In this document: one piece after another, positions 37,691 through 47,133 of the stretch
Position numbering within the stretch: the first letter of the stretch is position 1
Layout: each line of letters begins with the position of its first letter
Virus record (IMG/VR): IMGVR_UViG_3300025951_000004
Length of the DNA: 64,000 nt
Direction: 5' to 3' (one strand)
DNA from: an uncultured virus (IMG/VR IMGVR_UViG_3300025951_000004)
Lineage: Duplodnaviria; Heunggongvirae; Uroviricota; Caudoviricetes
Translations under genes and position numbers: made by a program
Notes under the pieces: generated by a model
Database searches by the model: none
Seen by the model: only the letters and a program-made list of their open reading frames with translations
What the model was told of the DNA's origin: nothing

Positions 37691-38427
37691 CTACTGCCTT
37701 TTCCGGTCGCGCTCGGCGTCGGCCTCTTCGGCGGCCAGAGCCACGATCCGCAGGCGAGCTGGCGTCGGCGTCCACGAGTCGAGTTGATCCGCCCCCGTCT
37801 TCTTGCCGATCGCGTCCATGCGCGAAACCGCGTGCTTGGTCAGCGTGGTCACAAGATCGTTCGCATCGGCGAGCTGCTGGTCGTGCAGGTCGAGCCTCGC
37901 CTGCATCGCGGCCGCCAGCTTGTCCTGGGCGTCCTGCCGACCGACCGCCTTCGCCGCCTTCTCGGCCGACTCCAGCCGGACAGTTGCGATCGCGGCGTCC
38001 TGGTCGCGCGAGTGCTCGAGCACGTCGGCCCGCAGGGCGCTTGCCCAGATCGCCACCGCGACACCGATCACGATCAGCGTCGCGGCCAACGTCGACGCGA
38101 GGACCACGACCGCCACCGTCGAACCGCGCGGGCCGAGGTCGGCGCTTGGCTGGCTGCTCGGTGATGGGCCGAACCGACTCCAAGCCTGCGCTACGGTCTC
38201 GGCCACGGCCGGGCCCTGCTGGTCGATCAAGTTCGTGATCTGCTTGAGGCGGTCGGCTTCCGCCAGTCCGAGGAGTGGGGCGGTGATCCGAAAGAGCCTC
38301 GAGCCCGGCGACTCGACCTCGCGCTCTGGCGCTCGACCGGTCGGCGCGTCATGGTGCCTGAGCTCGATCGGTTGCGTGTCGTCGCGATTTATGTTGCGAG
38401 GTTCTCCGGCCACGCGGGCAAGCATAC
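37691..38427 (-). CDS. single-TM coiled-coil protein; start uncertain
   Basis: VAVVVLASTLAATLIVIGVAVAIW followed by a coiled coil. Confidence 0.5.
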
Positions 38428-38548
38428 AGCTCCGGCACCCGGACCAGCCAACCATTGTCAACCACTCGCTCGGCGACGTCCGACGCCGATTCGGCGCGTT
38501 CGATGGCCACGTCGCTCGCGGCTCAGCTCGCGGAGGTGAAGGACCGGA

Positions 38549-39424
38549 TCAACCTCCGGCCGGCCCAGGCCGAGGCTCAGCGCGGGCGTCGGGGCCATCT
38601 CGGAGCCGCTTCTCTGGCGTCGCTCGGCGCAGGGCTGCGACGACGTCGGCCGTGCCATCGCGGGAGTCGACGAGCAAATGGGCGAGCGCGAGGCCGAGAT
38701 AGGCAAGCTGGTTGTCGACCGTCAACTGGCCACATGCCTGGCAGGCCACGCTGACCGCTGGTCGGTTGCACGCATGGCACACGCGGGACTGAAGTTGGTC
38801 GGCGAGCACATGTAGCGCTTCGATGCTCGTGGGGTCGCCGGGCTCGGTCCATTGGTAGACCTGCGGGTTTCCTCGCGGGCGCGGCATGGCATCGAGAATT
38901 AGGCGGCCGACCTCCCGACGGTCGCGGCCCGTGGGCTGGCGTTGGAGCGAGCAGGCAGGGCACGACCGAACGGCGTGAATGAGGGTGCCGCCCGCTCGAT
39001 GGTGCGAAAAATCGCGAAGCTCCCACCCTTCACGCGCCAGATGAGCACGGCCCGTGGCTGCATCGTGCATCGGGTCGCGCCACTCCCTGTATGCGATGGT
39101 CCCCGCGATGTAGACACGCTGACACCACTCGAACCCACCGCCTCGCTCGATGCACGCCTTGCACATCCCCACGTCAATCGTGTGCTGACCCGTGCACGAC
39201 CCGAGCATCTCCTCGGTGAGCGCCCAGACGAGAGCGGCGCGAGGCGAGACCATCCAAAATCCCCGGTCCGGAGTCTCCACGGACACGCTGTTGCCCCAGA
39301 CCCCAACCCGCCACGTGGGGCCGCCTGCGGTGTTGTCGAGGTCAAATCCCCTCGCGCTCGCCCACAGTTCGACGGCTTCGAGCATCTCTCCGTCGGTCGC
39401 TATATCGGGTGAACGCTGCATCAC
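38549..39424 (-). CDS. Zn-finger protein, paralog 2 of 3
   Basis: AALVWAL, IDVGMC..C, TGRDRREVGRLILDAMPR, EPGDPTSIEALHVLADQLQ. Confidence 0.65.
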   Translation of the reverse strand: MMQRSPDIATDGEMLEAVELWASARGFDLDNTAGGPTWRVGVWGNSVSVETPDRGFWMVSPRAALVWALTEEMLGSCTGQHTIDVGMCKACIERGGGFEWCQRVYIAGTIAYREWRDPMHDAATGRAHLAREGWELRDFSHHRAGGTLIHAVRSCPACSLQRQPTGRDRREVGRLILDAMPRPRGNPQVYQWTEPGDPTSIEALHVLADQLQSRVCHACNRPAVSVACQACGQLTVDNQLAYLGLALAHLLVDSRDGTADVVAALRRATPEKRLRDGPDARAEPRPGPAGG

Positions 39425-40071
39425 GAGGCCGACTCCCCTCGTTGCTCGTCGCCCGTGGCGCTCGCGGCTCCGAGCAGCATCGTGAGCAGCCCCTGTCGCG
39501 TGCCGGCCTTGGTCTTGCCGAGCAGGTTGTGGGTGTGCCACTTCACCGTCTGGCGCGTGAGCCCCAGCTCGGCGGCGATCTGGGCGTTGTTGTGGTCGGC
39601 GATCCACAACTCGAGCACCCGACGCTCGACCTGAGCCAGGTGGCATAGGCGCACAAGCTCGTCGATCCGCCACGTCAGGCTGCTGGTCAAGCTGACCCGC
39701 TCGGTCTCGAATCCGAGCGCCCCGAGCAGGGCCGCGATGCGCGAGGCCGCGTCGTCGTTGGGCCCGACGTCGAACCGCACCACCACCCTGGCGGGCTCGT
39801 CGCAGCGCACGAGCTTGACCGCGAGCCCGTCGAGCAGCGAGGCCGGACGGGGAAGGTGTCCCTGCCTGGGATCTAGTTCCCGCCGGAGCAGGTCGATCAA
39901 GCTGGGCGAGAGCAGTCCGCCGCGGGTGTGGGCCCGGTTCTCGTGCTCGCCGATGCTGCGGGCGGCGGCCCGGGCCAGCTCGGCTCGATCGCCGAACGCC
40001 TCCTCGTACGTGCGCCACCCGAGGCCGACGTAGATGGTGTCCAGTTCTGGGCCGTCGTCGTGGTCGTCCAT
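39421..40071 (-). CDS. LuxR-type HTH regulator
   Basis: ERRVLEL...NAQIAAELGLTRQTVKWHTHNLLGK. Confidence 0.8.
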   Translation of the reverse strand: MDDHDDGPELDTIYVGLGWRTYEEAFGDRAELARAAARSIGEHENRAHTRGGLLSPSLIDLLRRELDPRQGHLPRPASLLDGLAVKLVRCDEPARVVVRFDVGPNDDAASRIAALLGALGFETERVSLTSSLTWRIDELVRLCHLAQVERRVLELWIADHNNAQIAAELGLTRQTVKWHTHNLLGKTKAGTRQGLLTMLLGAASATGDEQRGESAS

Positions 40072-40109
40072 GGCGCCCTTCCAACCCAGCGCAAGGCGTA
40101 GCATTCCCG

Positions 40110-40191
40110 ATGTCCCCATGGGACTCGCCGCATGTCCCATGGGACATTTGCCTGCGAAGTCGTGGGACATCGGGTCTCTGGTCGGGGACAT
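40110..40191. promoter_or_regulatory. GGGACAT/ATGTCCC motif array in a divergent intergenic region
   Basis: Perfect palindrome ATGTCCCATGGGACAT at 40132-40147; GGGAC at 40120, 40141, 40164 and 40185. Confidence 0.6.
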
Positions 40192-40211
40192 CCCGCGACC
40201 ATGGTGGTAAT

Positions 40212-41030
40212 GTGGCCCCTGTGGTTGATTTCACCGCTGATCATCGACCGGCTCTGATCCTCCGCCGCATCGGCGCAGGCGGGACGGTCGAGCAGGCTGG
40301 GGACGACGTTGGGATCAGCCGCAAGACGGTCTTGAGGTGGCGCAATATCCACCACGACTTCGGCGAGGCATACGCGCGCGCGGTATTCCTCTCTGGGCTC
40401 GGGACCGAGCGCGCGCGCGACAAGGTCGATGCCCTCGTGCGGGCCTGGACTCCGGGCGGGTTGGTGAGCGAGACCGAGCGCGCCGCCCTCGCGCATCCCA
40501 AGGATGACGACGTCGAGCTGGAGGCCGAGGCCGAGGCCGAGGCCGAGCTCGAGCCGGAGTCAGCCGACCTAGCGGGGGATGATCCCGAGGTTGAGGCCCG
40601 CGAGCCTGAGCCCCCCGCGGTCGAGCCGGACGTCCTTGCCGCCGACGGTCGCGAGCTCGTCGTCATCCCTCCCCCGCGGGGGAAGGCCAAGCCCCGCCCG
40701 GAGAGCCCCTACACGACAACCCGCCCGCCCACGCTGGCAGAATGGACCGCCGAGATGGCCGCGATCGCCAAGGACGTGACCCAGCCGGAGCGCGTCCGGC
40801 TGGGGGCCATCGCGTCGGTGACCGCGACGCTGGCCGGCGGCCCGGGTGCCCGCCTCAACAGGCCGGCCGACGACGTGGCGGTCGCGGAGGCCGCCCGCGA
40901 GCGCGGGCGAGAAGCTGGCGTGCCGGCGAGCGTGTGGCAGGAAGCGAGGCAGAACTTCCTCGGACCTGCGCCCGCGAGCGCGCAAGGCGAATCCGCCGCG
41001 CCACCCGGAGCTGCAGCGCGGCAAGCCTGA
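40212..41030 (+). CDS. putative terminase small subunit-like HTH protein
   Basis: GTVEQAGDDVGISRKTVLRWR...DFGEAYARA, followed by an acidic linker. Confidence 0.5.
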   Translation: MAPVVDFTADHRPALILRRIGAGGTVEQAGDDVGISRKTVLRWRNIHHDFGEAYARAVFLSGLGTERARDKVDALVRAWTPGGLVSETERAALAHPKDDDVELEAEAEAEAELEPESADLAGDDPEVEAREPEPPAVEPDVLAADGRELVVIPPPRGKAKPRPESPYTTTRPPTLAEWTAEMAAIAKDVTQPERVRLGAIASVTATLAGGPGARLNRPADDVAVAEAARERGREAGVPASVWQEARQNFLGPAPASAQGESAAPPGAAARQA

Positions 41031-41050
41031 GCGAGTGGTAGCGTGCGCCC

Positions 41051-41428
41051 ATGGCCGCCGAGTTCTTCCTCGAGACCCAGACCCAGGTCACGCCCGAGTT
41101 GCGCATCGGCTACCGGGTGAGTGTCGGAGCTCGCTGCCTGGCTCGGCGCTCGGCGACTCCCGGGCTGATCGGGATCGAGATCCGTCGAGGCGACGGCGCC
41201 ATAGTGGAGGCCTACACGGCGACCGTCGACTTCCGCCTCTTCGGGCCCTTCGGCGCCGGCGAAGAAGTCGAGATCTCGCTCGGGGCGATCGACATGGTCG
41301 GGGCCGGCGACTACCCCCGCACCTACCAGCTCCGCGTGGCGGTGGTCGGTGGGGTCGACAACATCGTCGTCCGCGACGCGAATCTCGCGACGTCTCCCTA
41401 CTCCGAGCCCGGCCTCGCGCCTCCTTGA
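41051..41428 (+). CDS. hypothetical protein
   Basis: ORF with high GC3. Confidence 0.55.
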   Translation: MAAEFFLETQTQVTPELRIGYRVSVGARCLARRSATPGLIGIEIRRGDGAIVEAYTATVDFRLFGPFGAGEEVEISLGAIDMVGAGDYPRTYQLRVAVVGGVDNIVVRDANLATSPYSEPGLAPP

Positions 41429-42360
41429 TTTGCGGCCACGTCCTCGGTCACTCGGACCTGCTCGGGACGCCCCACGAATTCCTCGGCAGCGTAGTCGCGC
41501 GTGGTGGCACCGATGTGATCGAGGAGGGCTTCGGCCACCTCGATGCCGAACTCAAGGACGCCTCGAACTCGGTGCTCTCGCGTGTACCGCTCCAGCCGCT
41601 CGATGTCGGCCGCGACGTGAGCGGCCATCCGCGGATCCGCAGCCGCGACGGGGCCGGCGAGCAGCAGCGCGATGCTGTTGCCGAGCGCTTCGAGATCGTG
41701 GTTTCGCGGGGGTCCGTCTGCTCGGCGGAGCAAGTCGGGCTGCAGCTGGTCGGAGAGCACGAGCAGGGCCTCGATGCTGGCAGGGTCGCCGGGGCTGTGC
41801 GTGGTCGAGACTTCGATGCCACAGCCGCCCAGCCTCACGGTAGGCGGGAGCGGTCCCCAGCCGAACAGCAAGCGGCGCTCGTCCTCGGCGTAGGCCCGAG
41901 GCAGTGCGTCGAGCAGCAGGCGCGCGCCCTCCCGACGGTCGCGGCCCGTGCCCGAGCAGTTGGGACAAGGGATGGTGCGGGAGGCGTGCACGCGGTCGTC
42001 GAGCACCGACGTCGCGTAGCCGTTGCGCCCCCAGTCCTCCGCCATCCAAAGCCACTCGTCCCACGTGCCTCGCCCTCGACACCGCTTGCACCACCCCACG
42101 TCAACCGGCGGGAGTTCGGCTGCAACGACCAGCGCCCAGACGAGAGCTGCGTGAGGGGTCAGATCCCAGTGTTCGGTGTAGAGCCTGTCAATGCCAAGCC
42201 GACGCACAAGTACATTCGAGTAGCCGCGAACAATGCGGAGGGCGGTCGTGTCGACGGCCCACGGAGTCTCGCCGGGTACAAAGCCATCGGCGAACTCGCG
42301 CCAGCCCTTCGCTTGCGCCCACTGCTCGACAGCATCTAGCGCCTTCATCATCCGGCTCAC
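41398..42360 (-). CDS. Zn-finger protein, paralog 3 of 3
   Basis: About 200 bp closely similar to 18240-18436. Confidence 0.65.
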   Translation of the reverse strand: MSRMMKALDAVEQWAQAKGWREFADGFVPGETPWAVDTTALRIVRGYSNVLVRRLGIDRLYTEHWDLTPHAALVWALVVAAELPPVDVGWCKRCRGRGTWDEWLWMAEDWGRNGYATSVLDDRVHASRTIPCPNCSGTGRDRREGARLLLDALPRAYAEDERRLLFGWGPLPPTVRLGGCGIEVSTTHSPGDPASIEALLVLSDQLQPDLLRRADGPPRNHDLEALGNSIALLLAGPVAAADPRMAAHVAADIERLERYTREHRVRGVLEFGIEVAEALLDHIGATTRDYAAEEFVGRPEQVRVTEDVAANQGGARPGSE

Positions 42361-42995
42361 GCATCCTGCCCGATGAATCCCCACCGCCGCATCGGCTCGA
42401 GCGCATGTGCGATGTACCGCTCGGCGGCCTTCTCGTCGATGCGGAGTCGCTTGGCCAGCGGGGCCACGATGTCGACACCGCGCACGCGGGCACCGACCGC
42501 GCACGCTGTCTCGAGGAAAGCTGTGATGAACAGGATCGCCTCGGCGAACGGGTGACTCGCCGCGAGCGCGACGGCGAATGCTTGTCGGTCGTCCCAACTC
42601 GCGGCGAGCCGCGGCAAGAAGTAGTCGAGCATCGGGATCGGGACGCCGGCGATCTGCCAGCCGGCGAACGGCATCTCGTGCGACCGGCTCCACCACGGCT
42701 GCCTGAATCCTTGGAAGTCGCGGATCTCCTGGTCAATCGTGCACGCCACCGCGCCGCCCTGCCGACAGATCGCCCACTGGCCGGGCCGCGCGAGCGCGAC
42801 TCGGGTCACCGGTGCGTAGCCGCGGAGTCGTCCGCACGCGACGATGTAGAGCCGCTCGCCGTGGCGGATGCTGGGCTTGCGCGCGCCGACGTAGAAGCTC
42901 CATTCGGTGCCCGTCGGTAGCTCACCCACCGCATCGCCCTCGGCGATCCAGTCGGGCCAGAAGTCCTTCGGCACGGTCACGACCAGGTCGCTCAT
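42357..42995 (-). CDS. ASCH/PUA-like domain protein
   Basis: GERLYIVACGRLRGYA...IRDFQGFR. Confidence 0.5.
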   Translation of the reverse strand: MSDLVVTVPKDFWPDWIAEGDAVGELPTGTEWSFYVGARKPSIRHGERLYIVACGRLRGYAPVTRVALARPGQWAICRQGGAVACTIDQEIRDFQGFRQPWWSRSHEMPFAGWQIAGVPIPMLDYFLPRLAASWDDRQAFAVALAASHPFAEAILFITAFLETACAVGARVRGVDIVAPLAKRLRIDEKAAERYIAHALEPMRRWGFIGQDA

Positions 42996-43267
42996 GGGTC
43001 TTCGCCTCGGGTACAGCAGCCCGAGCAGAGCGCGAGCCCGCCGTCGATCTGGAGCTGCTCTCGCTTCACCGGCAGCTCGCCGCAGAGATCGCAGCGCCCG
43101 AGCAGGCGGTCGAGCATGTCGACATCGAACTCCTCGGCGAGCATGGTCTCGCGGTAGGCCTCCATCTCGGCGAGGATCATGAAGATCGGCTCGCCGTCGT
43201 AGATGGGATCCTCCGCCCAATCGGGCATGGAAGCGCGAGCATGACCGCACGAAATGAAGGTGATCAC
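42992..43267 (-). CDS. small Zn-binding hypothetical protein
   Basis: CDLC..CSGC. Confidence 0.45.
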   Translation of the reverse strand: MITFISCGHARASMPDWAEDPIYDGEPIFMILAEMEAYRETMLAEEFDVDMLDRLLGRCDLCGELPVKREQLQIDGGLALCSGCCTRGEDP

Positions 43268-43542
43268 GAGCGCCTGTACCTCTTCAGCGGCGCGGGCATT
43301 CCTGGCGCTGGTCGGAGCCCACCACCTACTCGATCCGCTTTACCTCGGAGTAGAAGACGGCCGTCAGCGCGCTGGCATCCGTGACGTTGTCGGCGTCGAG
43401 TTGCTCGCTCCACTGGTCGTTCAGCACGGCTTGGATGGCCGCGGCCTCAGTGTCCGCGGTCACGATGTAGAGGCAGATTCGGGTGGTATCGGTTACGGCA
43501 TACATCTTGGGATTCCACGACTGTAGCAGAACGACGTCGTGG

Positions 43543-44103
43543 TCACGAGGCCTCCGCGAGCTGGCAGGCCCAGCCGATTGACCACGTTCCATCGCCGCCC
43601 TCGGGCATCAACTCGTGAACGGTCGCTATCCATGCGTCGAGCAACCACCACACGGCTGGCCTGTTAGTCACGTCGCCCACCCAGCGCGGTCCCAACTTCG
43701 GGCCGATCCAGCCGTAGCGGAAGGCGACCAGGTGCCGCTGCCGCGCTGCCGCGCGAGGGTCTCGCATCCAAGGTCCGCCGAACTGGATCATCAAGATCGC
43801 CGTGCCGGCGAGGTCGTGTTCGAGCAACGCCTTCGGTGGCTTCGACCAGCTCCGCACGACGCCGACGTCGAGCCAGCGCAGCGCGGCCTGGACGTCGGGC
43901 ACGGTGGTGTAGCCCTTGAACCGGCCGGTGCCCTTGGTGAGCGCGGCCCGAACCTCCGTCAACGACTTGCCGGTCGCGGCTGCGATCGCCGTGGGCCCGC
44001 AGTTGCACTTCCACGCGCGGTAGGCCGCCTCGAGCTCAGCGCCCGCGTCGAACAGGGGCAGGTCTCGGAGCTGCGGCTGGGGCAGTTCGGCCTGCTCGGT
44101 CAC
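43543..44103 (-). CDS. putative C39-like cysteine peptidase fold protein
   Basis: NCGPTAIAAA...HLVA...GD. Confidence 0.4.
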   Translation of the reverse strand: MTEQAELPQPQLRDLPLFDAGAELEAAYRAWKCNCGPTAIAAATGKSLTEVRAALTKGTGRFKGYTTVPDVQAALRWLDVGVVRSWSKPPKALLEHDLAGTAILMIQFGGPWMRDPRAAARQRHLVAFRYGWIGPKLGPRWVGDVTNRPAVWWLLDAWIATVHELMPEGGDGTWSIGWACQLAEAS

Positions 44104-44402
44104 GATGAACCGTCCCCTTCGCCACGCTCGGACAACCTCAGCAGGATCAGGTAGCCGAGCAAATCGCGGATCACGTCCTCGCCCGCAGCGGATCCCCGCG
44201 CGAGCCGGCTCAGCTTGTCGTCGATGCGCACGCGGATCTGTTCGTTCGGGTTCGCCCTCGAGAAGATGCGTACCGGGTCAAGCGCCGCGTTGCCGTAGGC
44301 GGAGTTCTTCTCGATCAGCATGGCCGCCACCGCGTCGCACTCGGATCGGACGGCAGCGGCGAACTCGGTTGGAGTCATGGGGCGTTTCACGGCTCGCCCC
44401 AC
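44100..44402 (-). CDS. Nmad1/DUF1599-like nucleotide-modification-associated protein
   Basis: KNSAYG...VRIDDKLSRL...EDVIRDLLGYLIL. Confidence 0.75.
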   Translation of the reverse strand: MGRAVKRPMTPTEFAAAVRSECDAVAAMLIEKNSAYGNAALDPVRIFSRANPNEQIRVRIDDKLSRLARGSAAGEDVIRDLLGYLILLRLSERGEGDGSS

Positions 44403-44612
44403 GCTTTCTGATTCAACGGCACTCCGCTCAGCAGCAGCGCCGTGGCGTGGACCGTCTCGGGCAGCTGCTCGACGTCGAGCGGTCGCGTGACCTCGTCCTC
44501 GGGTCGGACTTCCAGGAGCGTGGGGTTCAGTCGGTCAGGCATCGTTCGGGCTGGGTCGGGGTCGACTGGCATGGCAGATCCGCAACCGGATCCGCTGATG
44601 CCTATTCCCTCG

Positions 44613-45203
44613 CTACACGAACGTGTAGATGGCGTGGAATCCAGCCTGTAGCTGGCCGTTGACCAGGTCTTGCAGCGCCTGGTCCTGCGCGGCGCCGAGG
44701 CTTGTCGCGGTGACCTGCATCGTGACCTTCCACAGTCCGCCGGCGAGGTAGTCGTCGGCCAAGCTGATCGTGGTGAATGGATCAGCAGCCTCGGTCACCA
44801 CCGCGTCGAGGTAGCCCGCGTCCACGCATACCTGGGTGTAGTACGCCTTGGTCACGCCGCCTTCTGCCCGCATCTTCGCTAGTACCGAGGCGCGACGTTC
44901 GTCGATCGTTTGTCCATCGACCGGTACCACTCCCCGCTCCAGCTCGCGCTCGGCCAGCAAGACGTCCGCTGTTCGAGGATCGTACTGACGCTCGAGCAAC
45001 TCACGAGCTCGCCGAAGTCGAGAGAAGAATCGGGCGATTGCTCGGGCTACCGCTGGCAGCCATCCGACTGTGCGGTTCCAGTACTCGCCGAGCGGGAATT
45101 GGCGCAGCACCTCCGGCACCGCGCTCAGATCGGTCACGTCGAGGAAAGCGATGCTGCTGAAGGCCTCGGCCTGTTGCTCTCCGTAGATGTCGATCACCGC
45201 CAT
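44613..45203 (-). CDS. Mu gp48-like (DUF2313) baseplate protein
   Basis: DPRTADVLL...ERELG-like, TIDERRASVLAK. Confidence 0.8.
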   Translation of the reverse strand: MAVIDIYGEQQAEAFSSIAFLDVTDLSAVPEVLRQFPLGEYWNRTVGWLPAVARAIARFFSRLRRARELLERQYDPRTADVLLAERELERGVVPVDGQTIDERRASVLAKMRAEGGVTKAYYTQVCVDAGYLDAVVTEAADPFTTISLADDYLAGGLWKVTMQVTATSLGAAQDQALQDLVNGQLQAGFHAIYTFV

Positions 45204-45206
45204 GAT

Positions 45207-45605
45207 TCACCGATCCCGCACCAGGATCGAGATCGCCTTGATGCCGAACCTGGGTTCCTCCCCGACTCCGGTAAAAACGATCGGCGTCGGGGTGCCGATC
45301 AAGTCGGTGACCAGTCCACGACGGAGCAGATTGCCACCGACAGACGCGTCGAAGATCGCCCAGTAGTCGGCCGTGCCTGCTTGGGTGATCGAGGCGAACA
45401 AGATCGGCGACGCGTTCGAGCGAGTGGACTCTCCGACGATGGGAACCGATGTTGCCCAGTCTTGATGCCCGACGCGTGCATAGCCGGTCAGAGTGATCTC
45501 GATGCCAGCATCGGTCGGGTCTCCAAGGTAGAGAGCGACGTAGCGGTCGGTGCCGGCGGGCAGGAGACCTGCGAGCATGTACTCGCGGCCAGTGTCAGTA
45601 TCCAT
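45207..45605 (-). CDS. putative tail structural protein
   Basis: YVALY..DP...E...GYAR...WAIFDASVGGNLL. Confidence 0.65.
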   Translation of the reverse strand: MDTDTGREYMLAGLLPAGTDRYVALYLGDPTDAGIEITLTGYARVGHQDWATSVPIVGESTRSNASPILFASITQAGTADYWAIFDASVGGNLLRRGLVTDLIGTPTPIVFTGVGEEPRFGIKAISILVRDR

Positions 45606-45626
45606 GTTGGCCTTCGTTCACGTGCA

Positions 45627-46727
45627 TCACGGGGGCTCCGTCCAAGTGATTGTTCCTGGCACGACAAGCGACGTCGCTCCGACCAAGGTGTCGTAGGGCC
45701 CAAATCCGCCGAGCCCGTCGCTCACGAACAGCCGATGGTGCTCTTCGCCCGCAGCTCGATCGATCGCCTTCACGAGGTCGTCGTAGAATGCGAGGCCGCC
45801 TGGCTCGACGTTAGCGAGCGCGAGTGCGAGCGACTGCGTGACTGCGTTCCGAATGTCGAGCGTGTCTGGCGTGAGGACAATGAAGGGATCGAGATCTTGC
45901 AGCACGGGGCCCTGCACGAACACCCCATGTAGGCCGGCCGGCTTCAACGCGTCCAACGACGCTTCGACATCGCTGATCAACACGGCGCTCGGGACGGGCG
46001 TGTCGAGAGGGTCGGTTGGGTCCCACTCTTGCGCGATGATCACAAGCACCGTGCCGATGCCGAAGGCCGCATCGAAGGCCCACGCTTGCGCCACGCCGGA
46101 GACGGCGGTCGACCAGATGACGTAGTCGGTTTCGCTGCCGCCGCGCGGAACGGATTGGATCTTGACCAGCGTCCGCTCGCCGACCGACTCCGCGTCCTCA
46201 GCATCAAACCCGTCGGCAAGTCCATCCTCGCCCGGAAGGCCGAGTACGAGCGCGGCCGCGTCGACGCCAGCTGGCGGAGAGGTGAACGTCAACTCGGTGC
46301 CGGTGAGCGTGTTGCCGTCTTCTCCCGCCACGCTCGCCGATACCGTGATTGTGACTTCACTGGCGGCCGGGATGACGATCACCCCTTGCGTCAGGAACTC
46401 GGCACCGTCATCGCGCGCGAGAATTGTCAGAGCTGGAATCACAGATCCTGGCGTCCCGGTCGCCCTGATCGTACCGGTCGCCTGCGTGGCCGGATTTGGT
46501 GTGACTCCGTAGATCGATGCCCAAAGGAGCTTGAAGGCGGAATCCGCGAGATCGACGAACATTTGCCGCGCTTCCCATTGCAGGATGCGCAGGTACATGT
46601 AGCCGAAGGCCGCGAGCGCGAAGGCGATCGCCGCGCGAAGGCGACTCCCGAGTGTCCCGTTTATCTCGGTCTCGACGTCGTCGTTTGCGAGTTGTCGGAG
46701 CTGCTTCAGCGTTGGGATCGTGAACAT
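45627..46727 (-). CDS. baseplate J/Mu gp47-like protein
   Basis: F.IPTL, AGEDGN, GFDAED, GGSETDY..W...V.GV..AW, GTV. Confidence 0.9.
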   Translation of the reverse strand: MFTIPTLKQLRQLANDDVETEINGTLGSRLRAAIAFALAAFGYMYLRILQWEARQMFVDLADSAFKLLWASIYGVTPNPATQATGTIRATGTPGSVIPALTILARDDGAEFLTQGVIVIPAASEVTITVSASVAGEDGNTLTGTELTFTSPPAGVDAAALVLGLPGEDGLADGFDAEDAESVGERTLVKIQSVPRGGSETDYVIWSTAVSGVAQAWAFDAAFGIGTVLVIIAQEWDPTDPLDTPVPSAVLISDVEASLDALKPAGLHGVFVQGPVLQDLDPFIVLTPDTLDIRNAVTQSLALALANVEPGGLAFYDDLVKAIDRAAGEEHHRLFVSDGLGGFGPYDTLVGATSLVVPGTITWTEPP

Positions 46728-46728
46728 G

Positions 46729-47133
46729 TCATCCGCCTGCCTGAGATAGAACGACGGCCCCATCGGCGATGTCGCCGGACGATCGAATGATCACCCACCG
46801 CATCGTCAGCTCGTTGACCGCGGTCTGGGTGACCGTGACGTCCACGCTCGACGCATGGAGCGGCACGAACGCGGTGCGTAGCGCCGACTCGTAGCGCTCC
46901 TCGAGCAGCGCCCGCGCGTCCGCGGTGAGCGGTTGGGCGAAGCTCAGCCACGCCCGCGAGCTCGCCCCCTCGGCCTTGCGTGCCAGCCACTGCTGGTGCC
47001 TGCGTGGATCCTGGGGGCGGACCGATGTCCGCTCAGGCGCATTGGTGAAGCACACCGCCAAGACCTCCTCGGTCAGGGCGTCGGTCTGCTGTCCGGCGAG
47101 ATCGTAGACGGGCGTGGGGTTGGAGAGGCTCAT
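46729..47133 (-). CDS. Mu gp46-like baseplate protein
   Basis: VLAVCFT...SRAWL...ESAL; position in the module. Confidence 0.6.
   Translation of the reverse strand: MSLSNPTPVYDLAGQQTDALTEEVLAVCFTNAPERTSVRPQDPRRHQQWLARKAEGASSRAWLSFAQPLTADARALLEERYESALRTAFVPLHASSVDVTVTQTAVNELTMRWVIIRSSGDIADGAVVLSQAGG

Noticed and set aside
40520..40550. GAGGCC tandem repeat as a regulatory element
   Set aside because: It encodes a low-complexity EAEAEA linker
18240..41795. Diversity-generating retroelement TR/VR pair
   Set aside because: Differences are mostly synonymous and not adenine-specific, both copies are coding, and no reverse transcriptase was seen
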